Shown here in pieces: positions 20,225 to 29,641 of a stretch of 64,000 bases of DNA. Made by a program: the position numbers and the translations under genes. The DNA lies in assembly GCA_016872645.1 (NCBI GenBank), contig VGZH01000017.1, forward strand, positions 4,626-68,625, in the 5' to 3' direction. This stretch comes from Planctomycetota bacterium (GTDB taxonomy: Bacteria > Planctomycetota > Planctomycetia > Planctomycetales > Planctomycetaceae). Below the pieces are notes generated by a model. It had not been told where the DNA came from, searched no databases, and saw only the letters and a list, made by a program, of their open reading frames with translations. Each line of letters opens with the position of its first letter. The stretch's first letter is position 1.

Positions 20225-20912
20225 AGGCCGGCGGAAATCCCGAAGCGATACCAGCTGCCAGAGTTCGTTGACGCTGCCGAAGATGAGCCAACACGAGATC
20301 GCTGCGAATATCGACGTTCCGTTCTTCCAGGAGAGACTGGGCGTCGATGGTACTCAGTCCCAGCGAATGACCGAGTACGTCGCAGAGTACTCCCAGCGGA
20401 AGTTCCGCTTCGAGCAATTGATGGAGCAACGGATCCGATTGCAGCTCGGGGAGTATCTCAGTGGCTCCAGCCAGTAACTCTCGCTGGCGATGATGGCGGT
20501 CAATTGTTGGTTCGGACGAATAGAAGTCGCTGAGCAACGTCAGCTCCGCGGTGCGATACGGCCGATTGGTATCAATCTCCGACTCAATGCGTGCCCGGCA
20601 CAGTCCGCGCAGGGCGAGGTTGAACCGGCCATCCGGGAGCTTCTCCTCGACGGCGATACGGCCCAGGCAGACGACGTTGTAAATCTTGGCGTTCTTCGTC
20701 TCGTAGGCCAGTTCTTGCTTGGGATGGAGCAAGGCCATCGCGATGAGGCGGTTGCTGTCCAGGGCATCGGCGATCATTGCTCGATAACGGGGTTCGAAGA
20801 TGTGCAGCGGTTGCCATGTGTGCGGAAGTTGGACGACGTTGGGCAACGGAAACAACGGAGCCTCTCCCGTGAATAGTTTCAGTTCGTCTCGAATGTCAAA
20901 AGATTCGCTCAT
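20211..20912 (-). CDS. LON substrate-binding (N-terminal) domain protein
   Basis: LPLFPLPNVVQLPHTWQPLHIFEPRYRAMI is the classical LON N-domain opening. Confidence 0.8.
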   Translation of the reverse strand: MSESFDIRDELKLFTGEAPLFPLPNVVQLPHTWQPLHIFEPRYRAMIADALDSNRLIAMALLHPKQELAYETKNAKIYNVVCLGRIAVEEKLPDGRFNLALRGLCRARIESEIDTNRPYRTAELTLLSDFYSSEPTIDRHHRQRELLAGATEILPELQSDPLLHQLLEAELPLGVLCDVLGHSLGLSTIDAQSLLEERNVDIRSDLVLAHLRQRQRTLAAGIASGFPPAFSRN

Positions 20913-21301
20913 GTGGTCGCGTCCTCAGGGAAAGCGATCTTCGGGACCAATTCGTCCCGAAGTTGAATGTCGGTGGGATATTTTTCTTTGTGATCGAGTA
21001 ACTCTTGGAAGCAGCGTTGGTAGTCGTTCAAAAACGTGGTGAGGTCAATACCCATGAAACCGGGCCGGTAGGGGTCGAGCTTTTGCCGACATGAGTCGTA
21101 GAGTTTTCTCGCCCCGCCGAAGTTCTCGTTCCCGAAGTGGAACAGAGAAACGGATGCCTGAATCAACCCTTGCAAGAACTTCTTTTCGTCACCGACCGAT
21201 TCGGACCACAATTCCTCCCAAACATCGTGAGCCTCGAAGAATGCCTCCTCGTTGAATAATCGCAAACCTTCCAGGTACTGCGTTGCGTATCCGTCCGACA
21301 T
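20909..21301 (-). CDS. DUF309 domain protein
   Basis: LFNEEAFFEAHDVWEELW motif. Its stop overlaps the start of the downstream LON-domain gene by 4 nt. Confidence 0.75.
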   Translation of the reverse strand: MSDGYATQYLEGLRLFNEEAFFEAHDVWEELWSESVGDEKKFLQGLIQASVSLFHFGNENFGGARKLYDSCRQKLDPYRPGFMGIDLTTFLNDYQRCFQELLDHKEKYPTDIQLRDELVPKIAFPEDATT

Positions 21302-21411
21302 GGTTTGGGTCCTTTGTGATTGGTCCTTGCAATCGTCATTCGCGGGCGGGATTCTAGCGCGGCCCGAAACCGTCAGTCCACGAGCAACTTTACAACTTCG
21401 ACAAGTTCAAC

Positions 21412-22089
21412 ATGCCGCAATCCAAGAGTGCTGAATCCGGCGATGATCGAAAGCAACGTGCCCTCAAAATCGCGCGGCAACTGGCGATCACCTACGTCGC
21501 TGCCGAGTGCGCGTTGAAGCACGACACCCCGTTTCAGTTGCTGGCAGCCACCATCCTCTCGGCGCAATGCACGGACGAGCGGGTCAACATGGTCACGCCG
21601 GCGTTGTTCGCGAAGTATCCGACTCCCGCCGCTCTGGCCGCTTCGAAGCAGGCGGATATCGAGAAGATCGTCCAGTCGACCGGGTTTTTTCGAGCGAAGG
21701 CGGCAAACCTGCGCGGCATGGCTCAGGCGTTGGTCGATCAGTTTGGTGGGGAGTTGCCGAGGACGCTCGACGAGATGATCGCCCTGCCGGGTGTCGGACG
21801 AAAGACGGCAAACGTGGTGCTTGGCACGGCTTTTGGCTTGCCGACCGGAGTTGTCGTCGATACGCACGTCAAGCGCCTCACGCGACTTTTGGGGCTGACG
21901 AAACACCTCGACCCGGTGAAGATTGAGCACGATTTGGCAATGTTGTTGCCGAAATCCGAATGGATCAACTTTTCGCATCGCCTGATTCACCATGGCCGCC
22001 GAATCTGCAACGCTCGCAAACCCAATTGCCCGGAGTGTCCGCTGTTGAAATTCTGTCCACGTGTCGGATTGCCGCCGCTGTCAAACTAG
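21412..22089 (+). CDS. nth: Endonuclease III
   Basis: HhH-GPD motif LPGVGRKTANVVLG. C-terminal Cx6Cx2Cx5C Fe-S cluster motif CNARKPNCPECPLLKFC. Confidence 0.93.
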   Translation: MPQSKSAESGDDRKQRALKIARQLAITYVAAECALKHDTPFQLLAATILSAQCTDERVNMVTPALFAKYPTPAALAASKQADIEKIVQSTGFFRAKAANLRGMAQALVDQFGGELPRTLDEMIALPGVGRKTANVVLGTAFGLPTGVVVDTHVKRLTRLLGLTKHLDPVKIEHDLAMLLPKSEWINFSHRLIHHGRRICNARKPNCPECPLLKFCPRVGLPPLSN

Positions 22090-22130
22090 CTGCGTCGTTC
22101 CGCGAGACGAACCCCCTTAAAGACTGACCG

Positions 22131-23294
22131 ATGCTCACAAGATTTCGAACGCTGCTGGACGTTCGCCCTCGCTGGCGTTGCGGGTTGGTATGTCTTGTGC
22201 TGTTTCACCCGGTGAGCGTGTTCGCCGCAGAGCCGCTTGCCGGAAAGCCGTTTGAAGCGGCGTTGGATCAGAAGATTGGACGATCTTGGACCGGTCAAGA
22301 TGGCCACATTCTGCGCAATGTCTTGCGACAACTCGCCGACTCACAACGAGTCTCGATCGTGCTGGACCGACGAATTGATCCGACTCAGTCGATTGAGTTG
22401 ACACTGCCACCAACTCCGTTGCGAGACATGGTGTCCACGCTCGCGCGTAAGGTGGATTGTGGAACGTCGATCGTCGGCAACGTCATCTACGTGGGACCAA
22501 CAGACTCCGCAAAAAAACTTCGCACACTGGTTGAGCTTCGGAACGCTGACCGGACCAGGCTGACCGGGCGGAATCGACCGGCCGCGTTGACGCAGCCAAA
22601 GACATTCGTCTGGCAAGAGCTTGATCGACCGCGCGACATGCTCCAGCAAGTTGCCGACAAGTTTCAGATCGAGATCGACGGACTCGACAAGCTACCGCAT
22701 GACTTGTGGGCCGCGACGTCGCTGCCGCAGGTGACAGCCACCGAAGCACTCTCGTTGCTGCTCGTGCAATTCGGTTCGACGTTCGAGTTCGTTCCCAATC
22801 GAGCGGCAGTCCGCATCGTGCCGATTCCGGAACGAGTCTTCGTCGAGCGGTCGCATCGCGTCTTGGCAAACTCGCCTGTAAGTCATGATGCCGCCCGGCA
22901 GCGATTCTCCGAGGTTGACTTCGAACAGGCGGAAGGCAAGCTGATCGTGCGAGGTACCGTCGAACAGCAGGCGGAGATCGCCACCTGGTTGAGGACGGGG
23001 AACCAGAAGACAACCAAGCCCACCGACAAGCCGCTTCGCGACCGACACTTCAAGACACTCCAGCAGAAGAATGTCGCACTCGGCGAGATCATCAAGACAT
23101 TTATCGTTTACGGAATCAAGATCGAGTACGACCCAGAGCAATTTGCGAACGGAGGCATTTCGCTCGATCAGAAAATCGACATCGATGAAAAAGACATTTA
23201 CGCCGAGAAGCTGTTCCGCAAAATCTTCGAGCCACGAGGCATCGAAGTCACGATCGAGGGCGAGACGGTGCGACTGACCCCGAAGAGCAAATAG
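22131..23294 (+). CDS. Secreted hypothetical protein with three STN-like repeat modules
   Basis: Signal-like N-terminus. Three modules of about 80 aa share the same spacing, ending in IVGNVIYVGP, RAAVRIVP and GETVRLTP respectively. Confidence 0.6.
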   Translation: MLTRFRTLLDVRPRWRCGLVCLVLFHPVSVFAAEPLAGKPFEAALDQKIGRSWTGQDGHILRNVLRQLADSQRVSIVLDRRIDPTQSIELTLPPTPLRDMVSTLARKVDCGTSIVGNVIYVGPTDSAKKLRTLVELRNADRTRLTGRNRPAALTQPKTFVWQELDRPRDMLQQVADKFQIEIDGLDKLPHDLWAATSLPQVTATEALSLLLVQFGSTFEFVPNRAAVRIVPIPERVFVERSHRVLANSPVSHDAARQRFSEVDFEQAEGKLIVRGTVEQQAEIATWLRTGNQKTTKPTDKPLRDRHFKTLQQKNVALGEIIKTFIVYGIKIEYDPEQFANGGISLDQKIDIDEKDIYAEKLFRKIFEPRGIEVTIEGETVRLTPKSK

Positions 23295-23312
23295 CCGTCT
23301 CACCAAACAGCA

Positions 23313-23344
23313 ACAGCCCGGCGGCTAAGAAGCTGTCGGGCTGT
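23313..23344. terminator. Stem-loop between convergent genes (possible bidirectional terminator)
   Basis: acagcccg ... cgggctgt outer stem, extended by an inner stem with G-U wobbles around the loop aaga. No strong T-run on the plus strand. Moderately U-rich on the minus strand. Confidence 0.4.
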
Positions 23345-23369
23345 GATAAATGAATCGGGCCAGCAAAAT

Positions 23370-23540
23370 CTACTTCGCGGCTTCCAAGACGGTGAACGGG
23401 CTGATACGGAAGACCTTTTGCTCAATCGCTTCCTTATCACCCTGAGTCTTGGCCTTGGCGTACTTTGCGCGGAACTTCTTCAGTTGTTCCCCGCGCTTGC
23501 GTCGCCGAGCCAATTCGCGCTCACGTTGACATCGTCCCAT
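23370..23540 (-). CDS. Small highly basic protein (56 aa)
   Basis: MGRCQRERELARRRKRGEQLKKFRAKYAKAKTQGDKEAIEQKVFRISPFTVLEAAK, starting at ATG 23538-23540. The longer 111-aa ORF upstream extension looks non-coding. Confidence 0.5.
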   Translation of the reverse strand: MGRCQRERELARRRKRGEQLKKFRAKYAKAKTQGDKEAIEQKVFRISPFTVLEAAK

Positions 23541-23695
23541 GATTCTTTGTGACCTCACACCCTGAAATCGTTGACCGAAATTGATTTTGCCCCAAAGCAG
23601 GGCGAAACTTGTAGCGGGCCGGACGATGATGGTCAACCGGCCACGCCCCGGCGAACACCCTTTCCGAGCGGCTCCACATCCTTCATGCTCCCCCC

Positions 23696-24757
23696 ATGTC
23701 CGCACCGTTTTTCGCTGAGTTGATTGTCGAGCCGTTCCTCAGCGGTAAGCGGATCGACACATTTTTAGGGCGGCATTTCCGCAACTATTCGAGCTACCGG
23801 CTACAACGAATTGTGCGGGCCGGCGAAGTTCGCATCAACGACGTCGCGGCTGACAACGAGTCGCGAGTCTATCGCGATCAGCGAGTTTCCGTCCGCCTGA
23901 TCGAGCCGCCGGACCAACTGCTGTTACCCACTCCCGGCCCGCTGCACATCCTCTACGAGGATCCCTGGCTGCTGATTGTCGTCAAGCCATCGGGACAAAT
24001 TGCTCACCCCGCCGGAGCCTATTTAACTAACACACTGGCCAACGTCGTCCAGCATCACCTCGATCAGCAAACTTGTTGGCGAGGATTGTTGAGACCGGGC
24101 ATCGTGCATCGGCTCGACCGCATGACGAGCGGTGTCATGGTCATTTCCAAGGAACATCTCTCGCACGCACTGCTGACCGAGGCGTTCATGCGTCGCAAGG
24201 TTCAGAAGACTTACCTCGCGCTGGTGGAGGGGGTCATTGCGGTCGACTCGGGAGTGCTCGACAAGCCGATCGGCGAGTCGGTTGATCCGGCGAGCTGTTT
24301 GATGACTACACATCCCGAGGCCCGCGATTCACGCCCGGCACTGACCCACTTTCAAGTCATTGAACGGTTCTCCGCCCATACTCTGGTCGAGGCGAAACCA
24401 GTCACCGGTCGACAACACCAAATTCGAGTGCATCTTGCCGACATCGGCCACCCGGTCGTCGATGACGAGTTCTACGGCCCGTTTAGCTGGATCAAGAAAG
24501 ACCCCGCCGGGAATCCGGTCCCTTGCCCTGCCGAAAGTCGTAGGCCGAAAACCGATGGACGTGATCCTTTTTTTCCGAACGACGATGACGACGTGAACGG
24601 ACTTCCGAACGACCAACAGCTCGTTGGCCGCCACGCTCTGCACGCGCATCGCTTGGAGTTTCGCCACCCAATCACTTGGGAGCCGCTGTCATTTGAAGCC
24701 CCATTGCCGGAAGACATCGCGCACGCTGCCGCTCGACTGCGCGCCCCATCAAAGTAG
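23696..24757 (+). CDS. RluA-family 23S rRNA pseudouridine synthase (RluD-like, with an S4 domain)
   Basis: HRLDRMTSGVMVISK catalytic motif. The N-terminal S4-like segment reads RIDTFLGRHF...SYRLQRIVRAGEVRIND. GRQHQIRVHLA is also present. Confidence 0.9.
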   Translation: MSAPFFAELIVEPFLSGKRIDTFLGRHFRNYSSYRLQRIVRAGEVRINDVAADNESRVYRDQRVSVRLIEPPDQLLLPTPGPLHILYEDPWLLIVVKPSGQIAHPAGAYLTNTLANVVQHHLDQQTCWRGLLRPGIVHRLDRMTSGVMVISKEHLSHALLTEAFMRRKVQKTYLALVEGVIAVDSGVLDKPIGESVDPASCLMTTHPEARDSRPALTHFQVIERFSAHTLVEAKPVTGRQHQIRVHLADIGHPVVDDEFYGPFSWIKKDPAGNPVPCPAESRRPKTDGRDPFFPNDDDDVNGLPNDQQLVGRHALHAHRLEFRHPITWEPLSFEAPLPEDIAHAAARLRAPSK

Positions 24758-24788
24758 CCGAGCCGGCCGCAGCGGAATCGTATGCTTT

Positions 24789-24807
24789 CCGGTCACTGAG
24801 TGACCGG
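24789..24807. repeat. Half copy of palindromic element family 1 (CCGGTCAC-tga-GTGACCGG hairpin)
   Basis: Perfect 8-bp stem with a 3-nt loop, in the 60-nt spacer between convergent genes. The hairpin arm is identical to those of the copies at 26911 and 63003. Confidence 0.55.
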
Positions 24808-24817
24808 TCTACTTTCG

Positions 24818-26110
24818 TCAGGCAAATAATTCCCGCACCGGCTCACCTTCGTCCGTGATCGGAACCGGCCGCGTACCGGAGTAAATTTCCTCGCGCGGAT
24901 TGATGCCGAGAGCGCAGTGAACCGTCGCGTGCAGATCGGGAACGGATACCGGTCGCGAGACGATCTTCATGCCGAGTTCGTCGGTCTCGCCAATCGTAAT
25001 TCCGTTTTTCAAGCCGCCGCCTGCCAGCACGACGCTAAAGCACCTGCCGTGATGCCCACGCCCGCCGCCGCCATCGAATTGCGCGGGGCGGCCGAATTCG
25101 GTTGCGACGACGATCAACGTCTTGTCGAGCAACTTCTTGTTTTCGAGGTCCCGCACAAGCGCGGACAGCGCTTGATCGAGTTCCGCGATCAGTTTGTGCT
25201 GATTCAAGATGCCTTCGTTATGCACGTCCCAGCCGGTGCCGTTGAGAAAGTTGAGGTTGTGCGAGACCTCGATGAATCGCACGCCCCCTTCGATGAGCCG
25301 TCGCGCCAGCAAGCAGCGCTGGCCGAATTCGCCACCGAAGTCGTGACGCAAGTCCGCCGACTCGCGGTTGAGATCGAACAGCCTCATGAACTCCGGTCCC
25401 GCCAATTTCTGAGCTGCGGCAATCGCCGCATCGTATTCCGCCGCGATTCCCTCGCTGCCGTTTCGCGATCGCAGATCGTCGCGCACCGCATTGAGCAATG
25501 TCTCACGCCGAGCCTGTCGCTCATCCGTGATCCCGACCGACCGCTTCAGTGCCGGCGGCCCGGACTTTGTGTCGGTCAGATGTACGTAGCCGTACTTCGG
25601 GCCGAGAAATCCCGGCCCCCGCGTCACGTTCGGATACCCCATCAAAACGTACGCTGGCACACCGTCGGTGATCGTCCCTCGCTGCTGAGCGACGATCGAC
25701 CCGATCGACGGATACTGTTCCGTGCCGCTCGTCGGCCGCCCAGTGTGCATCCGATTGGTCGCCGCCGCGTGCTCGTCGATCACGTCGTGGTTGACCGTCC
25801 GCAGAATGTTAAACCGATCCAGAATTGTCGCGCAACGAGGCAAGTGCTCGCACACGCGAGTTCCTGAAATCGCCGTCTCGATCGAGTCGTAGTACGACCC
25901 CGGCTTCTTCTCTTTGGGATCGCCTTTGACTTTCGGATCCCAAGTATCGAGATGCCCCTGCCCGCCGCCGAGCCAGACGAACACGCAATGCTCGGCTTTG
26001 CCGCGAGGCAGTTGTGACATCTTCGATTCGTCCGCTTGCAGCACTGGTACTGTCAGCGCGGCGGTCGTAATCGCGGCCGATTGAGACAGAAAAGTTCGTC
26101 GAGTCGTCAT
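24818..26110 (-). CDS. DUF1501 domain protein (sulfatase-like fold, Tat signal)
   Basis: MTTRRTFLSQSAAITTAAL Tat-like leader. WLGGGQGHLDTWDPK motif. Sits downstream of a DUF1549/DUF1553 gene. Confidence 0.9.
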   Translation of the reverse strand: MTTRRTFLSQSAAITTAALTVPVLQADESKMSQLPRGKAEHCVFVWLGGGQGHLDTWDPKVKGDPKEKKPGSYYDSIETAISGTRVCEHLPRCATILDRFNILRTVNHDVIDEHAAATNRMHTGRPTSGTEQYPSIGSIVAQQRGTITDGVPAYVLMGYPNVTRGPGFLGPKYGYVHLTDTKSGPPALKRSVGITDERQARRETLLNAVRDDLRSRNGSEGIAAEYDAAIAAAQKLAGPEFMRLFDLNRESADLRHDFGGEFGQRCLLARRLIEGGVRFIEVSHNLNFLNGTGWDVHNEGILNQHKLIAELDQALSALVRDLENKKLLDKTLIVVATEFGRPAQFDGGGGRGHHGRCFSVVLAGGGLKNGITIGETDELGMKIVSRPVSVPDLHATVHCALGINPREEIYSGTRPVPITDEGEPVRELFA

Positions 26111-26177
26111 TTGTTTGTCCTTTGGGTGAGCTTCACCTTTCCGGAGTCAGCATTTCAGTATCTCGATCAAACCGGTT

Positions 26178-29100
26178 TCAGGGAACAATCAAAAACTCCG
26201 GGCTGTTGATCAGGGACCAAATCATGTCCTCGGCGCGCTCACGCCAATCGGCGTTGAGTCGCGACGTCGTGGGGTCGCCAAAGGCGATTTCTTCGGCGAG
26301 TTGTTGTTTACGGAAGTTGGCTTCGGGTTTGAGGTGGTTGGACCAAGAGACGCCGGTTTGCCTCGGTGGCTGCGAGCGGCGGATCGGATGCTCGCCGGGG
26401 ACGATGCGGGACGCGAATCCGTCACGCAACAAGTCGCCGAAAATCTTTTGTTCGGCAGCAGTCGCGGGGCGTGTGAGGAGGCGTTGCGTGACTGAGTCGA
26501 TGAAGTCTTCGGGCGTCTGCGCGGCCAGCGCGAGTTCGGTGAAAGCACTGTCGTCGGAAAGTTGTGAGACTCGCTTGGCAACGACGCCGTTGGCGATCAT
26601 CGCCGGTTGCAGAACGGTCGTCTCGTTCGAGCGAATTGTGATCGGATCGGGACGAGAAGCTCGCCATCCGAACGATTCGAGGAGATCGACGATCGTCTGC
26701 GCGGCAGGGAGAGATAGGCTGGGCCGGTCCCGTTCGTTGGACATCGACGTAAACTGCCACGCGCGGCGCGCGTGGCCGAGGCTGATGGAGACGTCTTGCC
26801 GACGAGCGCCATCGACGTCGATGTTGATCTCTTCCACGTTGAACGGCTTGTCGGCCGCGACGAATAGCGAGTCGATCAGTTGCTCGGCAGTCAGACGGCG
26901 GGAATGTGGACCGGTCACTCGGTGACCGGAATTCGAGTCACGGAGTAACTGGACTTCTTTGGCCTGATACGCCCGCGAATTCAGGATCACGCGCATCAGT
27001 TGCTTCACGTCGTAGCCGTGAGAGACAAACTCCCGTTCGAGTGATTCCAGTAATTCCGGGTTGGACGGCTTGACCTTTTCCCAATCATCGACCGGATCGA
27101 CGATCCCTTTGCCGAAGAGCCGCGCCCAGATTCGGTTCACGATGACCTGGGCGAAGCGGCGATTCGTTGGCGACGTGATGAACGCGGCGAGTCGCTCGCG
27201 CGAGTCCTTAGGGTTACTCAACAGTTCGTCGGGGACAGCAGCCACGAGTTCCCCGAACGGCCAGACAGGCGTGACTGACTCGCCCGGCTTAAGCGTGACT
27301 TTGACGAGCGGTTCGCGACCGCGCACGGCGAAGGCGTCGAGGTTCAGGCTGCTGGTCTTCGGAACTTTCTCCGGTTCGCGTTTCAGCAGAGCGGCGAGCG
27401 AGAACAAATCGCGTTGCAGGAAGTCGTGATACGGCGCGTCGTGACAGCGGGCACACTTCATTTCGAGTCCGAGAAATGCTTGCCCGACAATGTGGGCCTT
27501 CGCGGCCATCGGCACATCGTTCTGACTGGCAACCGAGAACCCACCCGGGCCGCCGTAGCGGATGCTTCCTTCCATCAGGATTAGTTCGGTCGCGAATTGG
27601 TCGAACGGTTTATTGTCGAGAAAGCTCTCGTGAATCCACCAGCGGAACGGGCCGGTGTTGTTAAGCGTTGGATTCAGGATGTTCGGGTTCTCGGCGAGCA
27701 CGTCTTGCCAATAGCTGACCCAGTGATCGGCATAGCCCGGCTCCGCCAACAGCTTGTCGATGATCGCTGCTCTTCGCGTGGCTTCCGGCTGAGCGAAGAA
27801 GAACTTGATGTGCTCCGCAGTCGGAATTGTTCCGACCGTGTCGAGCGCGACGCGACGCAGGAAAGACCAATCATCGGCCGACTGTAGACCGGTCATGCCG
27901 TGACTCGAATTCGAGTCACGGAGTGATTCGGCGACTTTGCTCGCATACTCATGCCGCTTATTCCAGAATGCCGTCCACTCGCGACTGGCCTCGCGACGTC
28001 GTTGCTGATTCAACGTCGCCAGTTCGCCGCGAAGACGAGCGTCGTAATCCATCCAAGCGTCATCGGTAAGCGGAAACGGCTTCGTTGGGTGCAACACGAC
28101 AAACGTATCGCGATCGGGTTCGGCCAGTGCGACGAGCGTTTCGCCGAGTTCCGGTCGCATACTCTTGCCCCCCAGGAAGACCTCCCACGTTAGGCGATGT
28201 CGACCGCCGTCGGACTTGAAAGTGGCGATCGCGTCTTGATCGCCCGGACGAAGTGCTCGATGACCGGGAGCAGGGACCCGATCAAGCCCCCAGACATCTT
28301 CGTGGCCATCACCGCGAAACTTCGGGAACGGATTCGCGACGACAAGCCTGCCATCGACAAACAAACGGGACGCACTGCGGCTGCGCGTCAGCAAACGACA
28401 GTCGCCGGCGGGGAGTTTCAGATCACCGGTTACACGCACGACAAACGGGTTCGAGCGATCGGCTCGCACGCCCAGAGGCGAATACTTGTGAGCAATCTCG
28501 ACGAGCGCGAAACCGGACTCGACGTAGCGATCAGTCGGTTCGGGCGCGATGAAATCCCAATTCATCTTGTCCGGAATGCCCTCCAGGACTTCGACGAGAA
28601 CGCCGTCTTTCGGCGGTTCGATCGTCGTGACGTACGGCTTGGGTTGTAGCACTCGCCACCGCGCGGCGATTCGTTCGGCAGGCAACGCGGAGCGATAGAT
28701 CGCGACCTCGTCAATCGAGCCGTGAAAACTGTTGCCCGCGTTGATCGCGCTGGCCGAGCCGATCCAGACCTCATCATCATCGACGACGGGCGCTTCAGTC
28801 GTCGCACCGCCATAGTCCCATTCACCTTCGAGCGGCTGGCCGTCGATGTAACCACGAATCGACTCCGGCTTGCCGAACCTGTAGCTGGTCGCAACGTGAT
28901 GCCAACCGGATTCGATGTCAAAGCCAGCCTTCGATGTCCAACGATGGAAGTCGTTTTGATTCCCCTTCCGATTGTCCTCGCTGCGGAACAGAAACGTGAC
29001 GCAGGCGTCCCCTTTGTTGCCGGCGAGTCGCAATGCGTAGTTCTGATTGTCCTCGGCAACGCCGGCGTTTTTCGTGCGGCCTTTGCCGACGACGTACATC

Positions 29101-29552
29101 TGCTGACCGTCCCCGAGTTTCTTGACCAACACCCAGGCTTCGAGCGTGATCGAATCACCGAGTCCAAAATCGAGCGGACTCTTCTCGCCCGGATCGGCGA
29201 TCTTGATGACCGCGGGAGACTCAAACGCTGCCGCCTGATTGTCCGCTTCAAAGTTCAAGAATTTCGGCGGCCTCGGGCCGAGTTGATCAGCTCGGACGAA
29301 TCCCTTTGACGTCGCGCTGGCGTCGTTCAAGTTGTCCTCGTCAAACAAACGCGATGCGACGCCCGGCTTGATGATGCCGTGGCCGAGCGACTTTGGGTGA
29401 ACCTCGAACAGATGATCCTCCAATCGCCAATAGGCGACGGGCTGATCCTGCAAGATCGTTTCGGCATACGGCAGAGAGTCCGATGGCTGGGCCAAACTAA
29501 AACGGCTTCCGAAAATCGAAAGCGAGATCATCACCAGCAAGGCCGAACGCAT
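26178..29552 (-). CDS. DUF1549/DUF1553 (PSCyt2/PSD1-type) protein with an N-terminal LamG-like domain
   Basis: Signal peptide MRSALLVMISLSIFGSRFSLAQ. LamG-like segment LEAWVL...WHHVATSY...GSIDEVAIYRSAL. The DUF1549 opening FLRRVALDTVGTIPT and the CARCHDAPYHDF motif are present. I prefer the start at 29552 to 29675. Confidence 0.88.
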   Translation of the reverse strand: MRSALLVMISLSIFGSRFSLAQPSDSLPYAETILQDQPVAYWRLEDHLFEVHPKSLGHGIIKPGVASRLFDEDNLNDASATSKGFVRADQLGPRPPKFLNFEADNQAAAFESPAVIKIADPGEKSPLDFGLGDSITLEAWVLVKKLGDGQQMYVVGKGRTKNAGVAEDNQNYALRLAGNKGDACVTFLFRSEDNRKGNQNDFHRWTSKAGFDIESGWHHVATSYRFGKPESIRGYIDGQPLEGEWDYGGATTEAPVVDDDEVWIGSASAINAGNSFHGSIDEVAIYRSALPAERIAARWRVLQPKPYVTTIEPPKDGVLVEVLEGIPDKMNWDFIAPEPTDRYVESGFALVEIAHKYSPLGVRADRSNPFVVRVTGDLKLPAGDCRLLTRSRSASRLFVDGRLVVANPFPKFRGDGHEDVWGLDRVPAPGHRALRPGDQDAIATFKSDGGRHRLTWEVFLGGKSMRPELGETLVALAEPDRDTFVVLHPTKPFPLTDDAWMDYDARLRGELATLNQQRRREASREWTAFWNKRHEYASKVAESLRDSNSSHGMTGLQSADDWSFLRRVALDTVGTIPTAEHIKFFFAQPEATRRAAIIDKLLAEPGYADHWVSYWQDVLAENPNILNPTLNNTGPFRWWIHESFLDNKPFDQFATELILMEGSIRYGGPGGFSVASQNDVPMAAKAHIVGQAFLGLEMKCARCHDAPYHDFLQRDLFSLAALLKREPEKVPKTSSLNLDAFAVRGREPLVKVTLKPGESVTPVWPFGELVAAVPDELLSNPKDSRERLAAFITSPTNRRFAQVIVNRIWARLFGKGIVDPVDDWEKVKPSNPELLESLEREFVSHGYDVKQLMRVILNSRAYQAKEVQLLRDSNSGHRVTGPHSRRLTAEQLIDSLFVAADKPFNVEEINIDVDGARRQDVSISLGHARRAWQFTSMSNERDRPSLSLPAAQTIVDLLESFGWRASRPDPITIRSNETTVLQPAMIANGVVAKRVSQLSDDSAFTELALAAQTPEDFIDSVTQRLLTRPATAAEQKIFGDLLRDGFASRIVPGEHPIRRSQPPRQTGVSWSNHLKPEANFRKQQLAEEIAFGDPTTSRLNADWRERAEDMIWSLINSPEFLIVP
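26911..26952. repeat. Palindromic element family 1, full double-hairpin copy inside a CDS
   Basis: ccggtcac-tcg-gtgaccgg aatt cgagtcac-gga-gtaactgg. Translated in-frame on the minus strand as LLRDSNSGHRVTG. Confidence 0.65.
27889..27930. repeat. Palindromic element family 1, full double-hairpin copy inside a CDS
   Basis: ccggtcat-gcc-gtgactcg aatt cgagtcac-gga-gtgattcg. It contains a perfect 24-nt palindrome ccgtgactcgaattcgagtcacgg. Translated in-frame as ESLRDSNSSHGMTG. Confidence 0.65.
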
Positions 29553-29641
29553 CGGAAACCTCGTTTGTAGGATGGGCACTCCTGCCCATCTTTTTGACGA
29601 ACAATCACCGAACGGGCAAGAGTGTCCGTCCGACAAATCGG

